63,725 bases of DNA, from positions 1-63,725 of the forward strand of contig SXUJ01000118.1 of NCBI GenBank assembly GCA_005790565.1, written 5' to 3'. Shown here piece after piece: positions 47,227 to 55,611 of this stretch. The stretch comes from Planctomycetia bacterium. Lineage in GTDB: Bacteria; Planctomycetota; Phycisphaerae; Phycisphaerales; SM1A02. The notes under the pieces are model-generated. The model did not search any database. It saw only the letters and a program-made list of their open reading frames with translations, and was not told the origin of the DNA. The translations under genes and the position numbers were made by a program. The first letter of the stretch is position 1, and the number at the start of each line of letters is the position of its first letter.

Positions 47227-49020
47227 CTACAAACTCCAACCTTGCAGCATGGCCGCAAGGTCGAGTCCATCGACTGTGCCCGACTGATCGAAGTCCGCAC
47301 TTCCGACGCCGCCCCATTGCGAGAGCAGGATGGCGAGATCGGGCGATCCAACAAGCCCGTCACCGTCGAGGTCCGCCTGCGGGGCGCACCCAGCATGCGC
47401 CTCTTGGACGCAGAGCGCATCCCAAGTACTGTCACAGCAATAGGCGTCGAGCGTGCAGACTGCGACGCAACAGTCCGCATCCGCACATGCGGGAGCCGCA
47501 CGGACAATGAAGCAACTTCCTGCGGTTGGGGATCCGCAGACTGGCAATCCCGGACAGAGCGCGTCGCAGAAGATCGTCGCCTCTGCAACACAAACCTCGT
47601 CCCACTCCTCTGCACAGCAGTATGCGTCAATCGCGCAAGTACAAGCCGACACTGCGGCGTCGACGCAAGTTGGAGCGCCGACCTCGCAGCACGGGTGCGG
47701 AGGGGTTGGCGTCAGTGCGAGTACTTCAATGTCGTCAATCGTCGCGCCACTACTCACACTCGATGCGCTCACGAATCGAAATCGCACCATCGACTCGCCC
47801 GCGAACGCCGGAAGGAGTATCTGCACCGGCGTACACGAGGCTCCACTAGAAGTCGCCTGCCAGATCGCGCCCCACGCGCCATCCGCGATCGAGGCGTCGA
47901 CCCGCGGGCCGAGCGTCCCAGCACTTTTGGAGTAGCTGAAACGCAGGCTCGGCGTGGCGCCCACGCTGAATGCGAAGCACCGCGAGACAGCCGCGGAGTA
48001 AGGGAATCCCGCACCGAATGTCATTGCCATATCACCAGCTGCGGCGCAACCAAACGAACTCGTCAGGTACGGACCGAGCCCCTCGCACGCCTCGAAAAAC
48101 TCTGGCTCGAGCACGCAGACGGACCCGCCGGAAAAGAGATTGCCGAAATTCGTTGCGGCGCTTGGAATGCACACACCTCCCCCGCCACCGCCCTGACAAC
48201 TTCCACAACCAAACGCGTCGACTTCACTCACACACTGCGCGTCCCACTCCGTGATGCAGCAATATGGGTCGGACGCACAGACGCACTTCGCAATGACCGG
48301 CTCGTCGCATCCTGGAGAGCCAGCGACGCAACACGCATGCGCTGCGCAACAGCCAACCAAGCGCACTTCAAAGTCATCGAGCAAAATGGCGTTGGCATTG
48401 GCACCATGGTCGAATCGAATGTGCACGCTCGTGTTCGCCCCGAGTGGAATCGTGAAGCTCACCGGCGTGCAAACACCCCCCGTGACCGAGAGCGACGCGA
48501 GTGCGACGGGCGTTGGCGCGCTGCAACTGACTGACACCGCATCCGAGAGGCCGTATCGCAAGACGCTTCCGCTCGCCGCAAACTGCGCGTACTTGAAAGA
48601 GACTTGGATCGCGCTACATGCGTTGGACCCCGTTGACAACAACAGCACAGGGTCCTCATTGGATGCGTCAAACTTCAGAGCGTAGCCCGCAGGGCACCAA
48701 TTCGATGCGGTAATCGATGCGCCATTGAGGCACCACTGCAATGAGACCCCTGCGCTTGCAAGGTTTGGAGGGTCACTGAAGGAATTGAAACCGGTCGCAT
48801 AGAACGCGCAAGATTGCGCGCTCGCGATGCTTGGCCATGCACAGAACATGAGCAACGAAAGGCTGCGGCGCGCGAGAGTGAGGATGCTTGGAGATCGTGC
48901 GATACAACGAGCATGCCACAGCACCGAGAATCGGGTCGAGCGCGCATGACAAACCGCGCGCAACTCGCCGCGCAGAAATGCCAGCCAGCCCACTTCTTCG
49001 GCGTAAACCGCACAAACCAA
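47227..49020 (-). CDS. Secreted Cys-rich repeat protein with C-terminal dockerin-like tail
   Basis: The signal-like segment ARRSLSLLMFCAWPSIASAQS suggests the real start may be the GTG at 48924. There are two jelly-roll/MAM-like modules ending LLDDFEV and TIDDIEV, three Cys-rich modules, and the tail DLDGDGLVGSPDLAILLSQWG ... DFDQSGTVDGLDLAAMLQGWS. Confidence 0.72.
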   Translation of the reverse strand: MVCAVYAEEVGWLAFLRGELRAVCHARSTRFSVLWHARCIARSPSILTLARRSLSLLMFCAWPSIASAQSCAFYATGFNSFSDPPNLASAGVSLQWCLNGASITASNWCPAGYALKFDASNEDPVLLLSTGSNACSAIQVSFKYAQFAASGSVLRYGLSDAVSVSCSAPTPVALASLSVTGGVCTPVSFTIPLGANTSVHIRFDHGANANAILLDDFEVRLVGCCAAHACCVAGSPGCDEPVIAKCVCASDPYCCITEWDAQCVSEVDAFGCGSCQGGGGGGVCIPSAATNFGNLFSGGSVCVLEPEFFEACEGLGPYLTSSFGCAAAGDMAMTFGAGFPYSAAVSRCFAFSVGATPSLRFSYSKSAGTLGPRVDASIADGAWGAIWQATSSGASCTPVQILLPAFAGESMVRFRFVSASSVSSGATIDDIEVLALTPTPPHPCCEVGAPTCVDAAVSACTCAIDAYCCAEEWDEVCVAEATIFCDALCPGLPVCGSPTAGSCFIVRAAPACADADCCVAVCTLDAYCCDSTWDALCVQEAHAGCAPQADLDGDGLVGSPDLAILLSQWGGVGSADFDQSGTVDGLDLAAMLQGWSL

Positions 49021-49023
49021 CCA

Positions 49024-51300
49024 TCAGCCCCACGCGTTGAGGAGCAGTGCAAGATCCGCTGCATCCGTGCTGCCGCTGCCGTCTAGGTCGGCAGCGCCGC
49101 CCGAACCCCACGCATTGAGCAAGATTGCCAAGTCTGACGCGTCAACGATTCCGTCTTCGTTGAGATCTCCCAAGATGAACGGGCACCCGGTGGTCAAGAC
49201 GCGGACGGCATCCACGCCTGCCTCGACAATCGATCCGCTGCCAAGGTCACGCGCCTGAAAACGCAGCTTGAGATTCGCCGTCGGGGAGAGATAGTCCGAC
49301 ACCGGAACCGACCGCTCGACCCACGCCGATGCGTTTTCACTGACATTTTCAACAGTCACCCAAGTCACTCCGCCATCCCCAGAAACTTGCACAGGCATCG
49401 AGTCGGCGTTGGGCGCGCTGCCCATGTTGTTCGAGTACCACCGGCGATACGAAATCATCGCGTGTGGGTCGGTCGCGTTGAGGCTCGGCGAAGTCAATGT
49501 CGTAACGCCGCCATCGACATCCGCTGCACCCACGCCCGCACCCACCGCGCCTTGACCAGTGACGAAGCACATGACGCCTGCGTCAATCGAATCATTCTCC
49601 GGTTGCGCCGTCGTACCAACGGGATCCCCGCGCGTCCACAAACCGCTCGTGGCGTTGTCGCCTAGAGCGCCCACCATCCAGTTGAGATTCGTCTCGAAGG
49701 TGTCCTCAAACGAAACGGAGTTACTGGTGGCAACGGTTTCGAACTGCACGCCCGGCGCGTGCGGCAGCCTAGCCGTCCCAAACTCGGTGGATGCCAGCAG
49801 ATGCCATTCAAATGTCGCGCCGCACGCCGTCGCAGGAAGGATGAAGGCAAACTGCCCATTTCCGACATCAATTCCAATGACTTGCGTGAACGCTCCAGTC
49901 GATCCAGCTGGTCGATGCAAGAGTTTCGCTCCGCTCGCAATGACCGAACCTCGAACGGCGCGAATCTCCGCTGTCAATGCTGCTGCAACACCTGCCTCCA
50001 CGGAGGTCGGGGCGCCTCCATTGAGTCGAATGACGGCTCCAGTCACGGTGGTTTCCGCGAGTTCGAGTGCGGCGGCAAAGTTCTCCGCGCCCGTCGGAAG
50101 TATCTCACTCGCGGGCATCACGAATCCATAAGAACCCGTGTCGCGGACTTCAATCGTGTAGCTCGGCACTCCGTGCGCGCCGTAGGCATGGTCCACGGCA
50201 CTTCCGCTCGCGATGTAAAGCGTCGAGGCAATGGGGCCGGCGGCGTAACTCGCACCCGTGGTGCGCGCAATCGCATCCTTCATTTCGCGGCCAAGCGCAA
50301 CAAGCGCGTCGTTGTTGGAGGGGAATGCGGTGGTATATCCCCAGGGCGAGAGGACCAACTGGCTGTAGGAATGGAAGTCAATGTGCCCCACGAGCGACGG
50401 GTGAGCGACGAAGTAATCGCGCATCGCTTGCGACTCCGGTTCGCTGAATGCCGCAACGCCGCGATAAGTCTCATCGCCGGGATTTGTGCTGGCTACACCG
50501 CCGCCCCATTGGAACGCCCAGTTCCGATTGAGGTCAACACCAAATGTTCCGTCCGCGTTGGCTCGCCGATTCTTGCGCCACAAGCGGTTCGTGGTCCATG
50601 TGTAAACATAGCCATCGGGATTGACGACTGGGATGACGTCGACCCACGCAGTGTCAAGCAACTGGGTGATGCGAGGATTGACGCCGTAGCCTGTTAGTAG
50701 TGATTCGCCAACGAACATCGCCGTGACCATCGCGCCCCACTCACGCGCATGTTGCGTGGCATTGAACAGAATCCCCGGACTTCCAGCCGAGGCCTTGGTG
50801 AATCGGACGCCGCGAATGACTCGACCTTCGAGCGATGTCCCGACCACGAAGGAACTCACAAGATCCGGACGCGCGGCAACCCATGCATCCATCTTGGCGT
50901 TGATCTGATCAATCGTGCGGAAGTCCGCAAAAAAATCTGCCCCCGCGACACCACCCTCGGCGTTGGCCGCCTCTTCACGCGCCGCAAAGTCCGCTCGCAA
51001 CACTGGTCCCAAGTCGGAAACCATAACTTCGTACGCGACACCAGACTTCGCGAGCGCCTTCATTCCCGCAGCATCGAAGAGAAACTCCGCACTGCCATAA
51101 TCGAGTCGATGCGTCAGCGAGTCGCGTGAAATCGCGAGCAACACCTTCAAGTCGCGCGCCGACGAAATCTGTGCGCGCACGACGCTCACGCCGTCATGAA
51201 ACACCGGCGGTTCAAAGCGTGCGCTCGCGAAGGAGGCAATCGCAACGGCGGCCAGGCACGCGCTGAGCACAAGTTGATGAATCGTGTCGATGGTCCGCAT
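49024..51300 (-). CDS. Secreted M14 zinc carboxypeptidase with propeptide, beta-sandwich domains and C-terminal dockerin-like tail
   Basis: The start ATG at 51300 gives MRTIDTIHQLVLSACLAAVAIASFASA. Catalytic motifs are ATQHAREWGA (HxxE), IDFHSYSQLV and YTIEVRD. The tail is DLNEDGIVDASDLAILLNAWG ... DLDGSGSTDAADLALLLNAWG. Confidence 0.85.
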   Translation of the reverse strand: MRTIDTIHQLVLSACLAAVAIASFASARFEPPVFHDGVSVVRAQISSARDLKVLLAISRDSLTHRLDYGSAEFLFDAAGMKALAKSGVAYEVMVSDLGPVLRADFAAREEAANAEGGVAGADFFADFRTIDQINAKMDAWVAARPDLVSSFVVGTSLEGRVIRGVRFTKASAGSPGILFNATQHAREWGAMVTAMFVGESLLTGYGVNPRITQLLDTAWVDVIPVVNPDGYVYTWTTNRLWRKNRRANADGTFGVDLNRNWAFQWGGGVASTNPGDETYRGVAAFSEPESQAMRDYFVAHPSLVGHIDFHSYSQLVLSPWGYTTAFPSNNDALVALGREMKDAIARTTGASYAAGPIASTLYIASGSAVDHAYGAHGVPSYTIEVRDTGSYGFVMPASEILPTGAENFAAALELAETTVTGAVIRLNGGAPTSVEAGVAAALTAEIRAVRGSVIASGAKLLHRPAGSTGAFTQVIGIDVGNGQFAFILPATACGATFEWHLLASTEFGTARLPHAPGVQFETVATSNSVSFEDTFETNLNWMVGALGDNATSGLWTRGDPVGTTAQPENDSIDAGVMCFVTGQGAVGAGVGAADVDGGVTTLTSPSLNATDPHAMISYRRWYSNNMGSAPNADSMPVQVSGDGGVTWVTVENVSENASAWVERSVPVSDYLSPTANLKLRFQARDLGSGSIVEAGVDAVRVLTTGCPFILGDLNEDGIVDASDLAILLNAWGSGGAADLDGSGSTDAADLALLLNAWG

Positions 51301-51414
51301 GCGCGTACTGTCGCACATCTGGGCGCCTAGGCAAATCCAATCGCGTTTGCAACAAGACAATTGCCACCCCTCCACGGTTGACCGATGCACGGCGACTATG
51401 CGAGAGTGCGCTGC

Positions 51415-52434
51415 ATGCACCGTCGATTCGCGAATACCTGCACGCTTTCCATTGGATTTCTGCAGCTGAGCGCCGTCGGCGGAGTGTTTCTGATTTCGGG
51501 CTGTGCTGCTTGGCAACCATTTTCAGATCGTTCGACCCTGGCGGAGTCCTCTGGGGCGGTCCTACCGATCGCGCCATTTTCGCCGCGCGATTTGAACATG
51601 TTCGAGGGCGCAACAGGACGCACGCTCGCGTGGGCCGACCTCATGGCGGCAGCGTCGGCGGCCGATGTGACTTTCATCGGCGAGCGACATGACGATCCGG
51701 TTGGTCACCAAGTGCAACTCGCGGTGTATGAAGAATTGCTTGCGGGCTACGCCGGTAGCGCGGTGAGCCTCGAGCACCTCGAGCGGAATGAACAACCACT
51801 CGTCACGCAGTATCTCGCAGGCGGATTGACCGCCGATGAGTTCATTGATCAAACCAAGAGCCGAAACTGGGCGGGCAAGGATTCGTGGGTTCCATACTTT
51901 CAGCCAATGATTGACGCGGCGAAGGTTGGCGGTGGAGTGGTCATCGCCGCCAACGCCCCGCGCAGTTATGTCAGTCGCGCTGGGAAAGAGGGATATGACG
52001 AGCTTCGTGCGCTTCCACCCGACGAGCAACTCCTGTTCGACGCTCCGGTCACGATCGACTCGGGGCGGTATCGCGATCGGTTCCGCAACATCATGCTGCA
52101 AGAGGGAGAGTCCATCGACGATGACGAAGTGATTGCGCGCATCGATCAACGGTTTCATGGGCAACAAGTTTGGGACGAGACGATGGGCCGCAGTGTTGCG
52201 CGCGCGCTTGCGCAAGGCACGCCAAAGGTCGTGCATTGCGCGGGCTGCTTCCACATTGAATACGAAGGCGGCACGGTACTGGCATTGCGGCGCGCTGCGC
52301 CGAAAGCGCGGGTCCTGACGATCACCGTCATCGATGCCGCGAGCGACCGCCTGCGCGAAAGCGAGCGGGACGCCGCGCACATCGTGATTTATGGGATTCC
52401 CGTCTCCCGCAGAGAAGAAGTCGAAACGAAGTAG
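51415..52434 (+). CDS. ChaN-like (haem-binding uptake, Tiki-superfamily) lipoprotein
   Basis: Lipobox VFLISGCAAW. The motif VTFIGERHDDPVGHQVQLAVYEEL is typical of the ChaN/DUF399 family. Confidence 0.68.
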   Translation: MHRRFANTCTLSIGFLQLSAVGGVFLISGCAAWQPFSDRSTLAESSGAVLPIAPFSPRDLNMFEGATGRTLAWADLMAAASAADVTFIGERHDDPVGHQVQLAVYEELLAGYAGSAVSLEHLERNEQPLVTQYLAGGLTADEFIDQTKSRNWAGKDSWVPYFQPMIDAAKVGGGVVIAANAPRSYVSRAGKEGYDELRALPPDEQLLFDAPVTIDSGRYRDRFRNIMLQEGESIDDDEVIARIDQRFHGQQVWDETMGRSVARALAQGTPKVVHCAGCFHIEYEGGTVLALRRAAPKARVLTITVIDAASDRLRESERDAAHIVIYGIPVSRREEVETK

Positions 52435-52450
52435 TTTCAACGAGCGCGCG

Positions 52451-52834
52451 CTAGGCGAGCAACTTCTGCAGTTCCTTTTCGTTGGATGCAATCTTGTAGA
52501 GGCGGTCGACTCGCATGAGCGCGAGCATCTTGCCCAACTCAGGACTCATTCCGTACAGAATCGGAGTTGCGCCGTGCGCGGAGGCCTTGTTCCGAAAGGC
52601 GACTGCTGCTCCGATCCCCATACTCGACATGAAAGTCACACTCGAGAGGTCCAACACAAACCTCTTGAGATTCGCCCCCGCGAGCGCGATATAGGGTTCC
52701 ACCTCACTCGCGACAATGGGCGACTCGCGTTGACCGACCGACGGCCCGACCAACCGAACGATGAGGCAACTCGGACGGTAATCGACTTCCGTGAACTGCG
52801 TCTTCTTCGTTGGCGGGAGGTCTGGGGTGGACAT
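52451..52834 (-). CDS. STAS-domain anti-sigma-factor antagonist
   Basis: LIVRLVGPSVGQRESPIVASEV ... FVLDLSSVTFMSSMGIGAAVAF ... ILYGMSPELGKMLALMRVDRLY. The start was set at the ATG at 52834. Confidence 0.8.
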   Translation of the reverse strand: MSTPDLPPTKKTQFTEVDYRPSCLIVRLVGPSVGQRESPIVASEVEPYIALAGANLKRFVLDLSSVTFMSSMGIGAAVAFRNKASAHGATPILYGMSPELGKMLALMRVDRLYKIASNEKELQKLLA

Positions 52835-52868
52835 ACCGCGAGTGTAACGGCTCACCCACAGGCACACG

Positions 52869-53369
52869 CTAACGAGGAATTGCCATCCACTCGATGCGCG
52901 CGCTCGGTCCGTGCGCCGAGGAAACGGGGAACACCAATTCGAGACAGACGATTGCACCCTTGCGCATCTTGACGATGGCGGCCTGCGAATCACCGACGAC
53001 GAGGCGAGCGGTGAGTTCACTCAGCGTGGGCTCATGTCCAACCCACACCAACGCGCCGCGCGCACGGTGCGCGTCAAGTGCGCGGACCAATCGCTCAATA
53101 CTTTCCGTACCGCCCTCACCTTCAAGGAGTTCGTTTCGAATTGGATCTGGGCAATCCGTCGCGTCGTGGAGGAGTTGCGCCGTTTGCCAAGCACGGACGA
53201 AGGCACTCGACTCCACCCGATCAACGGTTCGAAGTGCGCGACGCACCTTCTTCGCAAGGCGGCGAAAGGCGCTCGACCCCTTTTCAGTCAGCGGTCGTTG
53301 CGAGTCATCACTCCACGCCACACTATCGCGCTCATACGCCCTCGCGTGTCGGACGAGAATCAATCGCAT
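52869..53369 (-). CDS. sixA: SixA-type phosphohistidine phosphatase
   Basis: MRLILVRHARAYERD ... RPLTEKGSSAF ... SSAFVRAWQTAQLL ... VWVGHEPTLSEL is the histidine-phosphatase RHG motif. Confidence 0.8.
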   Translation of the reverse strand: MRLILVRHARAYERDSVAWSDDSQRPLTEKGSSAFRRLAKKVRRALRTVDRVESSAFVRAWQTAQLLHDATDCPDPIRNELLEGEGGTESIERLVRALDAHRARGALVWVGHEPTLSELTARLVVGDSQAAIVKMRKGAIVCLELVFPVSSAHGPSARIEWMAIPR

Positions 53370-53436
53370 CGCTCGGGTTCTCCAATCAGCCTGGGTACAA
53401 CTCCTCAGAGGCATGAGATTATGACACAATCCAAGC

Positions 53437-54735
53437 GTGGCTTCGCCGATCCCCCCGCGCTCTGGTTCCTGCTTGATCGAGAATGCTCGACTACTCACCC
53501 TCGCGCCATCACCCGGCGAACGAGGTCCGCGTCGTGGTAATCGCATGGCGGACCTCGGCATCATTGCGCGAGGGTGGATCGCGACAGCAGGCCATCGCAT
53601 CGGCGGCATTGGCACCGGAGATGCGCCGGATTCATGGAAGCTCTACGCGGGAGAACGGCGCGTCGATGCCAAAGGTCGCGTCGTCATGCCGGCGTTTGTC
53701 GATTGTCACACGCATGCGTGCTGGGCCGGGGATCGCTACGACGAAGCGGCGATGAAGATCGCTGGCCGTGAGTATCTCGACATCCTCGCCTGTGGGGGAG
53801 GCATCATGTCGACCGTCCGAGCGGTACGAGCGAGTTCGACGGAGGCTCTCGCGAACGATCTTGATGCGCGCCTGCGGCGCATGCGCCTCAAGGGCACAGG
53901 GACGGTGGAAGTGAAGAGCGGATATGGACTCTCGGTCGACTCTGAACTGCGGATGCTCGAGGCGATTACGCAAGTTGCCGCGCGAGATCAAGAGTGGATG
54001 CCGAGGCTTGTGCCGACCTTCCTCGGCGCACATGCGATCCCGAGCGATGACCCGAACTGGGTCGATGCGTGCACGCAGATGCTTGCGCAAGTCGTCGAAC
54101 GATTTGGTCCCCTGCAGTGCGATGCCTATTGCGAGCGCGGCGCGTGGAGTCCCTCGCAATGTGCGCAGTTGTTCGCCACGGCGCGCGCGTACGGCATGCC
54201 GTGCTCCGTGCATGTCGATCAGTTCCACGCACTCGGATTCTTGTCGCAGGCAATCGCGCTGGGCGTGCGCAGCGTGGCGCACCTTGAAGCATCCACGGCG
54301 AGTGAACTTGAACGAGCCGCGCAAAGCGAAGCCGTCGGGATTTTCCTTCCCGGAAGCGGCCTCCACGTCGATCTACGATTTGCCAACGCACGCCGATTCC
54401 TCGCGCAAGGCGGCGCGCTCGCCATTGCGACGAACTGCAATCCAGGGTCGAGCCCGATCTACTCGATGCCGTTGATCATTGCGCTGGCGACGAGATTCCT
54501 TCAACTCACCTACGGGGAGAGTCTTTGCGCTGCTACTTGGAATGCCGCGGCAGCCCTGGGACTGGAGTCCGAGTGTGGCGCCCTCGTGGAGGGCTATCGA
54601 GGAGATCTCCTCCTCCTCCCCACGCGGGACGAACGCGCGCTCGCGCATGAATACGAAGGCGCCGATCCACACCTCGTGCTGCTTGGTGGACGAGAGGTTT
54701 CGCCGTCGAATGTGTTCCCTCATGACGCCGCGTGA
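53437..54735 (+). CDS. hutI: Imidazolonepropionase
   Basis: MPAFVDCHTHACWAGDR ... GGGIMSTVRAVRASS ... VEVKSGYGLSVDSELRMLEA ... TFLGAHAIP ... IATNCNPGSSP. The start is a GTG at 53437. Confidence 0.9.
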   Translation: MASPIPPRSGSCLIENARLLTLAPSPGERGPRRGNRMADLGIIARGWIATAGHRIGGIGTGDAPDSWKLYAGERRVDAKGRVVMPAFVDCHTHACWAGDRYDEAAMKIAGREYLDILACGGGIMSTVRAVRASSTEALANDLDARLRRMRLKGTGTVEVKSGYGLSVDSELRMLEAITQVAARDQEWMPRLVPTFLGAHAIPSDDPNWVDACTQMLAQVVERFGPLQCDAYCERGAWSPSQCAQLFATARAYGMPCSVHVDQFHALGFLSQAIALGVRSVAHLEASTASELERAAQSEAVGIFLPGSGLHVDLRFANARRFLAQGGALAIATNCNPGSSPIYSMPLIIALATRFLQLTYGESLCAATWNAAAALGLESECGALVEGYRGDLLLLPTRDERALAHEYEGADPHLVLLGGREVSPSNVFPHDAA

Positions 54736-54773
54736 TCACAATAGCTAGGACCGGCGGGTACAGTGCCCCGTCC

Positions 54774-55586
54774 ATGTTGGTGACTAGTCCAGGCGACATC
54801 GAAGGAGCGACGAAAGCTGCAGCTTGCGTCGTGGAAACGCACCATCGACTCGCTGCGTTTCTCCGCGAGGGTCAAACACTCGCCCAGATTGATGCCTTCG
54901 TCGCGCAAACGCTCGACGCACTACACGCGCCGAGTTGCTTCCTTGGCTACCGCATCAAGGGTCTTCCTCCGTTCCCAAGTCACTCGTGCCTTTCGGTGAA
55001 CGATTGCATCGTCCATGGAACGCATGACATGTCCACGCGCCGGTTGCAGCGCGGCGATCTCGTGTCGATCGACATTGGCGTTCGACATGCGGGATGGATC
55101 GGGGATGCCGCGTGGACCTACGCCATTCTTGAACGGGACAAGCTCGCAACCGCGCTCATGGAGTCGGGCAAAGAGTCGCTGCGTCGAGGCGTGGCCGCGC
55201 TCAAACCAGGCCGTCCGTTACTCGACTTCGCCAAGGCGGTGCAAGGTCATGTCGAACGCGAATGCAAGTTCGCGCTCGTACGGGGACTCGGCGGCCACGG
55301 GTATGGCAAGGACCTTCACGCGCCTCCCTACATTTCCAATGTCGTCCCGAGCTACCCAGGCGAATGGCCTGAGGCGTACAAGAGCGTTCGCGCTGGCATG
55401 CTTGTCGCGATCGAACCGATGCTCGCGGTGAGCACTTCCGAGACGAAACAGGCGGACCGGCAATGGCCCATCGTCACTGCGGACGGCTGCCTGAGCGTGC
55501 ACTACGAAGCGGATGTCCTCATTCGCGAGGATGGACCGCAGAACCTGACGGCGGGCCTGTTTGCGTTACCTGATGTTGTTGGCTGA
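54774..55586 (+). CDS. map: Type I methionine aminopeptidase
   Basis: CIVHGTHDMSTRRLQRGDLVSIDIGVRHAGWIGDAAWTY ... GLGGHGYGKDLHAPP ... MLVAIEPML ... HYEADVLI. Confidence 0.9.
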   Translation: MLVTSPGDIEGATKAAACVVETHHRLAAFLREGQTLAQIDAFVAQTLDALHAPSCFLGYRIKGLPPFPSHSCLSVNDCIVHGTHDMSTRRLQRGDLVSIDIGVRHAGWIGDAAWTYAILERDKLATALMESGKESLRRGVAALKPGRPLLDFAKAVQGHVERECKFALVRGLGGHGYGKDLHAPPYISNVVPSYPGEWPEAYKSVRAGMLVAIEPMLAVSTSETKQADRQWPIVTADGCLSVHYEADVLIREDGPQNLTAGLFALPDVVG

Positions 55587-55611
55587 TCGCCAGAAAACCT
55601 TGAGACACCCC

